A stretch of DNA of 64,000 nucleotides from Felis catus. Lineage: Eukaryota. Made by a program: the position numbers and the translations under genes. The stretch is from NCBI RefSeq assembly GCF_018350175.1, contig NC_058369.1, positions 1,180,001 through 1,244,000 on the forward strand, read 5' to 3'. The notes beneath the pieces are model-generated. The model ran no database searches, had not been told where the DNA came from, and saw nothing but the letters and a program-made list of their open reading frames with translations. This document shows, piece by piece, positions 1 through 11,982 of the stretch; within the stretch, counting starts at the first letter, position 1, and each line of letters begins with the position of its first letter.

Positions 1-252
1 GTGTGACCTGGCAACAGGCTGACCCCTCTCCTGCCAGCTGCCGATGGGGCTCTGGAGGGAGGTGGTGCAGGGGACTGGCCTCTGGGACCAGACCATCCCT
101 GGGGTGGCCTGGAGGTGAGGATTCCACCCGTGGGTGCTGCTGGGCACACAGCTGGTGTGGGGGTCCCCCAGTGGCCTTGGGGACCCCCTGACTGTGGCTG
201 TCTCCCCTCCAGGTGGCTGTAGGCTTCGGCCCCGCCAGTTGTCACAGCGGAA

Positions 253-259
253 ATGTCTG
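253..259 (+). CDS. SCAMP4: SCAMP4 first coding exon (exon about 213-259; coding ATGTCTG)
   Basis: Acceptor cccctccag at 211-212; ATG TCT G|gtaagt; the G joins AA of the next exon to give Glu3. Confidence 0.88.
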
Positions 260-3200
260 GTAAGTCTCGCCCGGAGGCCCATCCAGCTTGTCTGTTCCTC
301 TGGGAAGCGTCCCCTGGTGGCCGGACGGACCGTAATGCCCCCCACCGTAGGGAGGGGCGCACACCTCACTCCCCTCCTCCCACAACGGGTGTCGGGGCTG
401 CCTCCTAGCCTGGAGCCAGATTAGAGGCAGAGGCCGGTCTCCATAGGAGTAGCTGGCCCGGCCAGGCTTCCTGCCTTGGGGCCCGTTTGGCGGTTGACAT
501 CAGTGTAGGGGTGAGGTTGGTACATCAGGGTTCATCCCTACGTGTATAAGATGACACTCTCACTCCCTCGTGGGTTTGCCTGCCCCCTCCCGCTCAGGAG
601 GAGGGGTGGGGCATGTGAGGTGGGGCCCTGAAGCCACGGCCAGGTGCCACAGGGACATGCCTTCCATGCACGGTCACATTGCCCCGGCATCTGCCCCCGT
701 GCTCAGGTGCAGGGGGGCTGGGGCCTTAGGTGCCTGGGGTCAGCTGGTGGTGCTGCTGCTGGGATTGGAACTCAGGCCCCCGAGTCCCAAATCTGCGCAC
801 AACGTTCCCCTGGGGCTTTTCATCTGCCAAGAAGACAGGGTTTCAAGGGGCGTGTGATTCGCCTGGTGGTTTTCTATCTCCCCCTCGGCACGGGGTGTGC
901 TGGCCGCCTGGCCGCTGGAGGCGTCACCCCGTCCTTGCTGTGGGCAGCGGGGGGAGGGGTCACACATCAGGGGAGGGGAGAGCAGTGGGGCAGGGGCCAG
1001 GTGAGGTCCTTGCTGGGGCCTTGGGCAGGAACCGCAAAGGGTTGTGACCTGTGACCGTGGCACGGAGGCTGTGCCGGGGAGGCCCTTCCCCGTGTCTCAT
1101 CACACAGGCGCAGAGCCAGCAAGCTCGGGGTGGGGTCGAGCCCCGCCGGGCTCAGGCTTGGCATGTTCCACGGCTTCCTGTGTCCCTTGGTAGATGCCTG
1201 GGGCTTCTGTGTGGCCAGTATGGTATGGTCTGCCTCTACCTGTCCTCCCCTCCGGCCCCTGGTCTCCCCGCTGCCTCTAGAGCACCTGGCACTCACCCCG
1301 GGGCCTTTGCCTGGGCCAGAACCACCGGCCTCTCCTCTTCGCTTCCTGGAGTCTTGGTTCCAATTCTGCCTTTTCGAGTGAGGCCTACCCTGACCCCCTT
1401 CTTAAACCACAGCTAACCAGCACCCAGCACACATCCCTGGTGGCCTGCACGTGACATCTCCTATATGCCACAGTGTCGTCCATCCATTGCGATTACTGCC
1501 GGGCTCCCCCTGGCTAGGAGGGCAGCACCCCGAGGGCAGGGGTCCTCTCTGTTCTGTTTGTGGTCTGGCCCCCCGAGGTAGTTGGGAGTCGTGTCCTGCC
1601 ACACAGTGGTATGATATCATTGACACCTTGACCTCAGACTTCTGGGCTCCTGAACTAGAAGAGAGCAGATCCCTATAGCTGACACCTCCCGGTTTGTGGT
1701 CATTTCTTAGAGCTTCCCCAGGAAGCTCATACGTTCAGGATGCCAGAACCTTCCTTCGAGGCAGCTGTCACCAGCATTTGTGTTCTGTCACTGAGTCTGC
1801 GTGTCTTCTGTGGCTGCTCTGAGGAATCACCACAACGTAGTGATTTAAACCACGATTATGGGCTCCGAAGTCCTAACACCCGGGCGTGGGCAGGGCCGGT
1901 TCCCCCGGGGCCCCAGGGAGCCCCGTGTCCCCCTTTTCCGGCTGCCAGAGGCGCCACATCCTGGGCCCGCGGCCCCTCCTCATCCTCACGGCCAGCAGCA
2001 CGGGGTCTGCCCGGCTCTCTGGCCACCCTCTCGTGAGGACGCCGGGCCCCCAGGGCACCCAGGGTCACCCCCGCCTCCTGGGCCTGGACAAGGTCCCCTC
2101 TGCCACGTGAGGTGACCTGTCCACGGGTTCTGAGGACCAGGACAGGGACGTGTGTGGGCCTGTCACTGGGTCCCTTAGCCTGGTTTTGTTTTGCGGTGGT
2201 TTCTGTCTCTGCAGAAAAGGAGAATAATTTCCCGCCGCTGCCCAAGTTCATCCCTCTGAAGCCCTGCTTCTACCAGAACTTCTCCGACGAGATACCCATC
2301 GAGCACCAGCTCCTGGTGAAGAAGATATACCAGCTGTGGCTGTGTGAGCGGCCGGGGCGGGGCGGGGGCGGGCAGGGGGCACCTCCGGGCCACAGTTTGC
2401 CCCCTCCCGGGCGGTGAGAGCCCAAGGGTTCTGGGATAAATCCCTTTTTCCAACAAAATGATGTCCCTTGAGCTGTTCTCTGGCCCCCCTGGTGCCCACG
2501 CTGAGCAGAGCCGCAGCCCTGCTCTCCCGGCGGGTGGGAGAGGCCCGGCCCGGAGCCCTCCGCCCAGGCTCACCCTCCTCGCCTCTCCCCCCTGCCCCCG
2601 CCCAGTCTACTGTGCCACCTTGGGGGTCAACCTCGTCGCCTGCCTGGCCTGGTGGATCGGTGGCGGCTCGGGAGCCAACTTCGGCCTGGCCCTGGTCTGG
2701 CTACTGCTCTTCTCCCCCTGCGGCTACGTGTGCTGGTTCCGGCCTGCGTACAAGGCCTTTCGGTGAGTGGGGGTGCGGGGCGGCCTCGGAGCGTCTGCTG
2801 CTCGGAGCGGGGCGAGCCAGGACGCCCGACCGCGTGCGCTCAGGTCCGTGCGGCTCCCGCTCTCACTCTCGGGACCTGCACCTGCTCTGTGCCTGGTGCC
2901 TGGGTGCCTTCTCCTGTCCGGTTGCGGGGGGACAGGTTATGTCCACGGTCTGCGGGCTACAGCCAACCACGACCCGTTGTCTTTTAATAACTTCGCCAGG
3001 AGACGCTTCGTGTATCAGTGTTTCTAGTATCTTTACCGGGTTGTGGATCCATCACCTCTTTCCAGTTCCAGAACGTTCCATCCCTGTTCCACCCCCTCTC
3101 CTCCCCCAGCCCCCAGCCCCCACGAGCCCCCCTCCTGTCCGTGGATGAGCCTGTTCTGGACATTTCACACATGTGGACTCACACCCCGTGTGGCCTGTCA

Positions 3201-6200
3201 TGTCTGGGTCCGTCAGCGGGGCAGCGGGCGTGGGCACCTCACTCCTGCTCGCGGCCCGAGGGACGTGCGCGTGCGCGGTGGACACGTGTGCCTGTGGCTG
3301 CTCATACGTTTGCGAACACCCGGGTCATTGGCACCTCTTGGCTCCTGTGGATGTTCGCCCCCAGTGGGCCCCACGACTCAGGAGCGTGCCGCGTTTGCCC
3401 CTAGGTGGTTCCCGAGACCCGGGCTGACCCGGGGAGGCAGCCAGTCCCCTCACTGGCCGTGCACGCGCGCAGTGACGGCCGTCCTCTCCCTCCTCTCCCT
3501 CCGCAGGGCCGACAGCTCCTTCAACTTCATGGCGTTCTTCTTCATCTTCGGAGCCCAGTTCGTCCTGACCGTTATCCAGGCGATCGGCCTCTCGGGATGG
3601 GGCGCGTGGTGAGCCGGGCCCCCAGGCTGCGGCGCAGGGGTGTGACGTGTGTGTGCTCAGCGGTGCCCCGGCCATCGTGAGCACCCGCACGGGGCGGTGG
3701 GGGGTGGGGTGGGGCTGGGCGTTGTTGCCCTCCGGGTTCTGCCCAGGACGCGCTCGCGGGCCACTGGGAAGTGCGGTCAGTGGCATGTCCTGGGAGGAGC
3801 GGCTCAGGGCACGGCCGGAGAGAGGGCCGGCCTTCAGTTGGCCTGGACGGGTTCGTACCTGGTCTTGTGGCTGCCGGAACAAATCACGGCAAACGTGGTG
3901 ACTCGGAGGGAAGCAGGTTTATCTCACAGCTCTGGGCTCCGGGATCTGACACGGGCTTCACGGTCAGGTGCGGGCAGGGCTGGAATCCCCCCCGCCCGGG
4001 GCCCCAGCGAGCCCCGTCTCCTCCCTTTCCCGACTCCCGGAGGTGCCGCATCCTCGGCCCACGGGCTCTCCTCATCCTCGTGGCCGGCAGCTCGGGTCGC
4101 CTGGCTCTGCCTTGCTCTTGTGGGACCTCGTGAGGATGCTGGGCCCCCTGGGCACCCAGGGTCACCCCTGCCTCGGGGGCCTTGACAAGGTCCCCTCTGC
4201 CGCATGAGGGGACAAGTCCCAGGATGAGGATGTGGGCACCCCCAGGTCACGTCTGCGGCACCGAGCGTCCTGTGGGTGACAGCCACGGCTGCGTGTGTGT
4301 GGCGCTGCTTGGTCAGTGCCGTGACATCACGCGCCTCTGTGCTCGTGTGTCTTGCTCGGCCTCTCGGTCGAAATCTTGGTATCGGGAGCTCGTCCCCTGA
4401 GGGCGAGTGACCCTCGCCGTGACCCTCGCCGTGTCTCCAGCTCTCAGCTGGGGACACCCTGCTGCCATCCTCCTGGCTTTCACTCCTGTCACTCTTTCCT
4501 CTGTGCCCTGGAAGAGCCACGAAGCTCTGTCCTGGTCACCGCGTGTCGAACGTGCGCTGTCTTGTTGCTCGAGGCCCCGGGTGGGTGCTGGTGGCCTCCT
4601 GGACCTGCTCCTCAGCCCCCTCCCGCGTCTTCTGCCCCCTTTATAGAGGCTCGAAGTCCCCTCTCGCCTGGGACCGTTTCCAAGATACACCCTCCCTCTG
4701 GGTCTTTGCACCTGTCGGGCAGATGAGCTCTCTCTGATGCCCTCTCAGATCTCGGTCTACAGGGCCAGTGAGGGGCTGGCTTCGGACTCCAGGGGTGGGG
4801 CTGTGCCGGGAGGACACCCAGGGCTCAGCGGCCTGTCGTCCCCAAGGCCACGGTTTATACAGAGAAAGGATGGGAAGTAATTTGAACTCAGGGCAAGGGA
4901 TGGAGGGCAGGGGCGGGGACACCGGGCCAAGCTTCTAGAATCCTCTCCCAGGGTGTCCCCCAGGAGGCGCTTAATTCCCCCAAAACAACATGTGGCCGTG
5001 TGGGAGGTGTGGTCTCCAGGGGGCGTAGAGACCCAGCGCCCAGGTTCTCACCGGGGGTCGGTCAGCAGGCCCCTCTGCCAGGCTCGGGCGGAGACCCCAG
5101 ACCCCAGGAGGGGAGCAGGTCCTCGGCGCAAACCTCGTGTCTGCACAGACGGCTCCGGGACACGAGCCCCCCGCCGGTAAGGGTGGCGGGAGCCCTGGAG
5201 TCCGGGTCCAGATGCTGCCGAGGGCCGGCCTCGCGAGCCGGCCTCGGGGGCGGGAGGTGTCAGGCCCGTGTGGGCTCTTTTCTGCCCGGTGCCACCCCCA
5301 CGCCGTTCTCCACACTGGGCTGGCATGGTGGGCACCTTCCTTGGGGGTCGGCTTGCAGAAAGGAGACTTCAGGAGCGTCCCTGCCCTCTTTGAGTGCAGG
5401 CCAAACAGAGCAGGGGATGGTGACCAACCAGCTGGTGAGCCTGGGCAGAGAGCTGCTCTGGAAAATTAGGGGGAGGCGGGGGGAGGGGGACGCTGCAAGC
5501 CCATCCGCTCTCCCGACGCTCGTCACCGCTCCCATTCTGTCGCAAGGCTCGGCCTGGGGCCAGCACAGGCGGGGCAGGGCCTCTGGGCCCTTTCATTTCC
5601 CCAAGTGTATGGGGCACCCCCCCCCCCCCCCCCCCCCCCCGCTCTGGCTTCTTTGACTGTCACACAGGTGGACTGCCTGGTGCTGGCACACCCCCGGCCC
5701 CCCCGCCGGCCCCTTGGCCTCCTCAGGGCACGGAGCAGGGGGTTGGGACCGAAGGTGCGCTTCACCAGACCGCACTCCCCCTGAAAGCCCGGCCAGGGTC
5801 TCCCCGTCCTCCTGGTCCCCGGTGGCCGGGTGGACCGCGGCTGTGGCCCCGGGCCAGTCCCTGCTCGCGACCTTCCACGTGGGACACGGAGCAGCCGCTG
5901 GGCGCTTCCCGGAGACGGTCCAGCGCGTCCTCAGAGGGTGCTCTCGGGGTGCCGGCCGCGCTGCGCAGCCAGCTCTGTATCCTGCGGGTCTGTTGCCCCC
6001 CTCACGCTCCACACGTGGGTCATGTCCCCCGCAGACGCTTCCCCGCGAACTCATGAAGGAGAAGAACTTGCAGGATGTACGAGTATCCTACACAGTGTCC
6101 CTACATACGAGACTGTGATGCTGCCTCACGCCTCACAGACCAACCTAAAGTCCTTCGTGCCGTCCGCTCGCTGAGATCCTGTCTTTTTTAAACAGGCTGG

Positions 6201-9200
6201 CTCAGTCCGTGGAGCGTGCAATCCTTGATCTCGGGGTTGTGAGTTCAAAACCCACATTGGGTGGGCGCCTGGGTGGCTTGGTTCATGAGTTCAACTTTAT
6301 TTAGTAATTTTTTTAATTAAAAAAACTTTTCTTAATGTTTATTTTTGAGAGGGAGAGAGCGTGAGCAGGGGAGGGGCAGAGAGAGAGGGAGACACAGCAT
6401 CCGAAGCAGCTCCAGGCTCCAAGCTGTCAGCACAGAGCCCGACACAGGGCTCAAACTCACAAACCACGAGATCATGACCTAGGCCGAAGTCGGACGCTTA
6501 ACTGACTGAGCCACCCAAGTGTCCCAATTTTATTTGTAAAGTAATCTTTATGGCCACCGTGGGTCCTGAACTCACAAACCTGAGATCAAGACTCACCCGC
6601 TTCACCGACTGAGCCTCCCAGGCGCCCCTTGAACAGGGCATTTTACGTCCGGCTACTTGGAGGTTTACAGAAAGGCGCGGAGACGGGACAGCGCGTGGCC
6701 GTGCGCCAGCAGGGGTGTCTGATACGCCTTTGGTACGACCCCAGGTGTGCGCGGCTGCAGAGCCGGTGCCCGGACGTGGGCCGCGTTTGGATTTCTGCCG
6801 CGTCCCCACGGCTGCCCCCCGGCTCAGGATTCCACGTGGCGTTGAGTTACATTCTGCGTTAGCCATCCGTCCGGGTCAGACCCACATGAGGCGCGCACGT
6901 CTCCATGAGTCGTTTTCTGTCTTCACTCTTCCCAGTCTTTTTCTGATTGAGTCATCGAAAAAAACAGGCTTGCTTGTCCTGTAGTTTCCCAGAGTTCAGT
7001 TTTTAGAATAATGGCTTTGGTGAGGTACGTGTCACAGACCAGAAATTCACTCTTTTAAGGTGAACAATTCAGTGGTTTAGAGTACGTTCACAGGTGGTGC
7101 AGCCATCACCTCTGTTTAGTGCCAGAATGTTCTGTTGCCCCAAAAACAACTCGCCCCCGTTGGCCGTCACCCCCACCCGCGCCCCCGGCCCCCACAAGCC
7201 CCCTCCCTGTCCCCGGATGAGCCTTTTCTGGACCTTTCACACAAGTGGACTCACACGCCATGTGGCCTCTCCTGTCTCGTTCCCTCCCTGAGTGTCGTGT
7301 GTTCAGAGTCGGCCCGTGGGGCGGCGGGGGTGGGCACCTCGCTCCTGCTCGCGGCCGAGGGATGTGCGCATGCGCGGTAGACACGGTCATCTGTGCGCGT
7401 GCGCGGTGGACGCTGTGGTTCCGTCCACAGCTCACGGGCTCTGGGTGTCTCTGGGCATTGCCGTTAGTAGTGCTGCTGTGACACAGGTCTCAGTGTCTCG
7501 GGTGTGCGCCGGGCTGCCAGGTTGCTTGGTGACGCGGCAGCTGAGTTGACCTTCTGGGGAGCTGCCAGACTCCCCAGGTCTTGTGTCCGCCCCGTTCTTT
7601 TACGCGCTTGTTGTCCTCTCCCTGGTTCCAGCCCCGCGATCTCCTGAGACTCTCTGGGGGAGCACCCAGCACCCCCTCATCTCCCTGAGCCCTGCCCTCT
7701 CCATCTTCCCTGCTCCCCAGCCCTGATGCTGTGGTGTCTCCCCGACAAGGATGGCATGCGGCAGGTTCCGTCGCTCATCCCGTTGGTCCTGACGGAGGCC
7801 AGTTTGTCACCTGCTGTCCTTAGAACCTGGGTGCTGTCATCCTGGGTAATAAAGGAGGTTATTCTCATTGCTGGGAGGCTGGGGCAGGCTCCCAGTCCTA
7901 CGTTCAGCCCTTGGGTGCCTTCGCCCTCCCCAGAGACCACGATCCTCAGGCTGGGGCCCCCGCCCACCGGCCCCACTTTCCAGATCCCCAGATCTGGTAG
8001 AAGGATGTTCGTCCCCAAGGTGACACCCCCAGCAGAGCCAGCGTTTCTCCCCTCCTAGGAGCGCCTGGTGCCCACCTGGCCCTGCAGCTGCCTAGCTGTG
8101 CTCACACCCACTATGGGCTCCCACCTACCTCTCCCTCGGCCTAAACACCCAGCTGAGTCTCCCCTCCCAGTGGCTTTTCTTTTTTTAGTTTTTTTTTAAG
8201 TTTTTTATTTCAAAAATTTTTCTAATTTTATTTTGGGGAGGTGCAGAGGGAGAGAGAGGATCTCTAGCAGGTTCCACGCCCAGCACAGAGCTCCACGTGG
8301 GGCTTTGATCTCATGACCCTGGGATCACGACCCGAGCCCAGACCAAGAGGCGGACGCTTGGCCGACCGAGCCCTCCGGGCGCCCCCAGTAGTTTTTCCAC
8401 CTCCCCCAGGCTGAGTGGGAACAGGCAGCAGGCCTGTCCCCACCGCCAGGGTCATTCTCGGCCCCGGCACCCAGCACAGAATGGGCCTGTGGGCCAGGGG
8501 TCCTCTGCCCCCACTTCACACACTCGGGTGAGGAGGACACACAGCTTCCCTTTCGGTGGGAGCGTGGCATTGTCCCTAAACATGCTTGCGGGAAAGCCCA
8601 CGTGCTGCCGAGCGCTGCGGTCCTCGTGCTGTTCCGGAAGGCGCGAGCAAATATGGGCAGCCCCTGGAGACGTGGGGCTCCACCACGTGCGTGCTGGGCG
8701 GCCACCTCTCTGGGTGTGACGCTCCCACAGTGCGGGAGTGGCCACAGGAGCCTGTGCGGGGGGGACCTGGCTGGACTCTCAGTGGATGTGGCCACATGAC
8801 AGGCTCTGGAACAGGGATGCCAGGGGAACAGCGATGAGACCTGAATAAAGCACATGGTTCCAGTAATAGTAATGAACTGGTGATAATTTCCTAGCCTTTA
8901 GGTTCCTTGAACCGTGTGTCTTTATTACCTGTTTAGAAAAATGAAATCTCAAGGGGCACCTGGATGGCTCAGTGGGTTAAGCGTCTGACTCCTGATCTCA
9001 CCTCAGGTTTTGATCTCAGGGTCATGAGTTCAGGCCCTGCGTTGGGCGTGGAGCCTACTTTAAAAAAAAAATCAGTAAAATGATAAAATCTCAACAATAG
9101 TTATCTTCTGTCTCTCCCCCCGAGGCGGGCGTGGGTGTTCTTTCCACTTTGCACATGTGCCGTGGACAGAACAGGGCTCGTAGAGTCTTGCTGTCCTGAC

Positions 9201-11982
9201 TCATCTTCAACTTTCTTTTCCGCTCTGGTTTTGTTAATGTCTCCTCAGCATTCTGTCGTGTGGCTGTGTTTCCCGCTGGTGAACATTTGGGTTACTCCTG
9301 GCTTTCATTATAAGTCATTGCCGTGGCGTGAATTCTCAGAGGAGGAGAGCCGGGGTGCAGGAAATGAGCTCTTAGGGCTTTTTGTAGGCCACTCCCACTG
9401 CTCCCGCAAAGGGACACGCTCCCACCGGTGCAGTGCTCCTCTCGGCCCCTCACACACACCACACGTTCCCGCGTTGTAGCTCGCATTCCCCACTGCTGGG
9501 TTTGAGCATCATTTCATGTGTGCATTGGCCCCTGCGAGCCCTTGCACAAATTGCCCATTTCTCTGCCATTCGTTTTCGTTGTTGTTGATTTGTTGGAGCT
9601 GTTTACATATGAAGGATGCTGGGCCCTTGTTTGGTGGACGTGCTGGCACCCATGCTGCTCTCTCTTGCCCCTTGCAGTGGTTGGCTGGCGGCAGTCGGGT
9701 TCTTCCAGACCAATGTCGGGGCCGCCGTGGTCATGCTGCTTCCGGCCATCATGTTCTCCATGTCAGCTGCCATGATGGCCATCGCGATCATAAAGGTGAG
9801 TCCTCTGGGCCCGGGACTTCCAGCATCTTCCCGTGCATCCGGTCGCCGGATCGCCCGGGCCCTGGGGGCCCGTATCCTCCTCGTTCCAGGACGTGACCTA
9901 TTGTCCATGACGAGCTGATCTCTGCTAAGGCAGGCTTAGGGTAACCGCAGAGTGTGGGCTGATGATGACCGCGCCTGCCTTTGGGGCCCAGCCACTAGTG
10001 TCCCCGCACTTTCGTGTCCCAGGGTGTACACCACGCTGCCCGATGTGGCCGCCACCGGACGTTTGTTGCCATTTACGGTTAAAGTCACATGAGGTAAAGT
10101 TAAGTAAAGCTAAACACAGAGCGGGGGGATCCGCTGCACCCACCCACCGCATCTCAGATACTTGCCGGCCGTGTGGGGCTGGGGTGCCGTCTCTGTGCCG
10201 GAAAGTTCCCGCGGGCGGTGCCGCCCCGGGTGTGCGGAGGCCGCAGCGGGAACGCGCACCGAGCGGTGCTGGGGAAGCCGGCCGCACCTGGCCGGCGGCC
10301 TCGAGCCCTCCTGGAGGTGGTGGTCACAGGCCGGGGCGCGGGGACGTGTGTGGAGTCCCCATGGGAAAGAGGAGCGGTGCGGGCTCTAGCGCTGCGCCCC
10401 CAGCACGCGCGGAGTGTCGTGAGCGTTTGGCCCCGCGCCTCTAGCTGTCTGAGTGGGGCTCCTGGCCTACGTAGGCTTTCTCCCGGGTGCAGCTGGCTGG
10501 GCGGGCAGAAGGATCCTGCCACTCCCTCCCCCCCCCCACCGTTTGCACCCCAGATGCCTTCAGCCGTGTGGACGGTCTGAGGGCAGGGAGGGGCCGGCAG
10601 AAAACACGCGCGAATGAGCCTCCAGGGGTTCCACCACAAGGTCCCTGCAGGAGCCGACTTTCCAACCAGGGACTTCCGAGCAGCAAGCCTCACCGAGTAG
10701 AAAGCAAACGCAAATTGAAAAGGGCTCTTGGGCCAGAAAGAAAGGCTGCCTGGACAGAAGGAGAGCCTGTCCTTTCAAAACAAAGAGATGCCCCGGGGGC
10801 GGGGCATGTCGGGAGGACCCCAGGGCTCAGCAGTCTCCCCAAGGCCTAGGTCGATACAGAGAAAGGATGAGAAGCAAAATGACCTAAGGGCAGAGGCTTG
10901 TGGGGTGGGGGTGGGGGTGGGGACACCAGGCTAAGCTTCCAGAATCCTCTCCCAGGTGTCCCCCCAAAACGGCATGTGACCACGTGTGAGGTGTGGTCTC
11001 CAGGGGGTACGAAGGGACCCAGCGCCCAGGTTCTCACCGGGGGTCGGTCAGCAGGCGCCTCTGCCGGGCTCGGCGGAGACCCCAGACCCCAGGAGGGGAG
11101 CAGGTCCTCGGCGCAAACCTCGTGTCTGCACGGACAGCTCCGGGACACGAGCCCCCCACCGGTGAGGGTGGTGGGAGCCCCGGAGTCCGGGTCCAGACGC
11201 CCCTGAGGGCCAGCTTCGCGAGCTGGCCTCGGGGGAGGGAGGTGTCAGGCCCGTGTGGGCTCTGTCTTGCACACCCCCCACCGCCTCCAAGAAAAGAAAC
11301 ATATTTAGTAATAGTTGTGTGGAAGAAGAAAGGCAAATCCCAGTGAGAAACGAGGAAAGTGTTCAGCGTCACTAAGCATCAAGAGCGTTGAGTTAAAATG
11401 CCAGTTTTCGCTTACTGACTTTTCCAGGACTTCTAGAGTTTCTCGTACTGCCCCGCATTCCCAGAGGTGCAGTGGGGGGCCTGTCAGCACAGGCCTGCTG
11501 GGCCGTGGGGAGTTAGTCCTTTCTGGGGGTCTCTGCCTGGAAGCCACCGGTCACGCCCAGGGATGGCTGTTAGCATCACAAGGGGCCCGAGGGTGGGTGT
11601 GTGTGTGGGGGGGGGGGTCCACAGAGAGAAGCTGGGAGGGACGGCCTCAGCTTCCGTGCATTTCCTGAAGTCTCCACAAGGATCGTTCTGGTATTTTATA
11701 GTCCGCTTAGGAAAAGCACAGCCTTAAGCACGAGGTCTCTCTTGGTCACGTGCACTTCAGTTTGGCTTCTCTGCCCCCCACCCCCACCTTCTGTCCCTGC
11801 AGGTGCACAGGATCTACCGGGGGGCCGGTGGAAGTTTCCAGAAGGCACAGACAGAGTGGAATGCGGGCACCTGGCGGAACCCACCGTCTCGGGAGGCTCA
11901 GTACAACAACTTCTCGGGGAATAGTCTGCCCGAGTACCCCACCGTGCCCAGCTACCCGGCTGCTGGCAGCCAGTGGCCTTAG
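253..11982 (+). CDS. SCAMP4: Secretory carrier membrane protein 4, complete spliced CDS join(253..259,2215..2343,2606..2762,3507..3608,9678..9795,11803..11982), 230 aa
   Basis: Spliced translation [30 protein letters not shown]...[25 protein letters not shown]...YPAAGSQWP* matches SCAMP4. It has the E-peptide CWFRPxYKAFR and no N-terminal NPF repeats. Exon lengths 7+129+157+102+118+180=693 nt; all introns GT-AG. Confidence 0.97.
1800..2160 (-). mobile_element. MaLR LTR remnant (MLT1-like), GC-shifted
   Basis: GTGGCTGCT...AATCACCACAA...CAGGGCCGGTTCCC...GGTCCCCTCTGCCACGTGAGGTGAC follows the MLT1 layout as I recall it; paralogous to 3860-4245. Confidence 0.6.
2215..2343 (+). CDS. SCAMP4: SCAMP4 coding exon 2
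   Basis: ctgcag|AAAAGGAGAAT...TGGCTGT|gtgag; encodes [42 protein letters not shown]. Confidence 0.96.
2606..2762 (+). CDS. SCAMP4: SCAMP4 coding exon 3
   Basis: cccag|TCTACTGT...TTTCG|gtgag; encodes [51 protein letters not shown]. Confidence 0.96.
3040..3330 (-). mobile_element. L1MB-like 3' fragment, GC-shifted
   Basis: TTCCAGAACGTTCCATC...GGATGAGCCTGTTCTGGACATTTCA corresponds to the L1MB 3' UTR antisense. Confidence 0.65.
3507..3608 (+). CDS. SCAMP4: SCAMP4 coding exon 4
   Basis: ccgcag|GGCCGAC...GCGTG|gtgag; encodes [33 protein letters not shown]. Confidence 0.96.
3860..4245 (-). mobile_element. MaLR LTR remnant (MLT1-like), GC-shifted
   Basis: Colinear with 1800-2160, sharing GGGCACCCAGGGTCACCCC and GACAAGGTCCCCTCTGCC. 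Confidence 0.6.
4850..5290. mobile_element. MER21-like LTR remnant, copy 1
   Basis: ACAGAGAAAGGAT...AAGCTTCTAGAATCCTCTCCCAG...GCTTAATTCCCCCA...GGGGGTCGGTCA resembles MER21; close direct repeat of 10855-11270. Confidence 0.6.
6195..6628. mobile_element. Cluster of Can-SINEs (plus fragment about 6195-6290, minus full copy about 6330-6524, minus fragment about 6545-6628)
   Basis: tRNA-derived heads (GGCTCAGTC.GT; reverse complement ACTGAGCCACCCA) and an (AG)n tract. Confidence 0.8.
7010..7480 (-). mobile_element. L1MB-like 3' fragment
   Basis: AAATTCACTCTTTTAAGGTGAACAATTCAGTGGTTTAG...GTGCAGCCATCACC is an L1MB 3' end in antisense. Confidence 0.7.
8180..8386 (-). mobile_element. Can-SINE
   Basis: T-rich tail, GATCTCATGACCCTGGGATCACGACCCGAGC, ends ...CCGAGCCCTCCGGGCGCCCC. 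Confidence 0.8.
8953..9071 (+). mobile_element. Short Can-SINE
   Basis: GGGGCACCTGGATGGCTCAGTGGGTTAAGCGTCTGACT...A tail; degenerate TSD AAAATGA..AATCTCAA on both sides. Confidence 0.85.
9678..9795 (+). CDS. SCAMP4: SCAMP4 coding exon 5
   Basis: ttgcag|TGGTTGG...ATAAAG|gtgag; encodes [39 protein letters not shown]. Confidence 0.95.
10855..11270. mobile_element. MER21-like LTR remnant, copy 2
   Basis: Direct repeat of 4850-5290 with long identical stretches. Confidence 0.6.
11803..11982 (+). CDS. SCAMP4: SCAMP4 last coding exon
   Basis: ctgcag|GTGCACAGG...CAGTGGCCTTAG; encodes [59 protein letters not shown]. Confidence 0.95.
   Translation: MHRIYRGAGGSFQKAQTEWNAGTWRNPPSREAQYNNFSGNSLPEYPTVPSYPAAGSQWP

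Noticed and set aside
1..252. ADAT3, which is nested in SCAMP4 intron 1 in human
   Set aside because: No deaminase-like ORF is visible. By synteny it should lie upstream of this window.
8953..9050. tRNA-like A/B box sequences
   Set aside because: These are the tRNA-derived heads of Can-SINEs, not tRNA genes; I could not fold a full cloverleaf.
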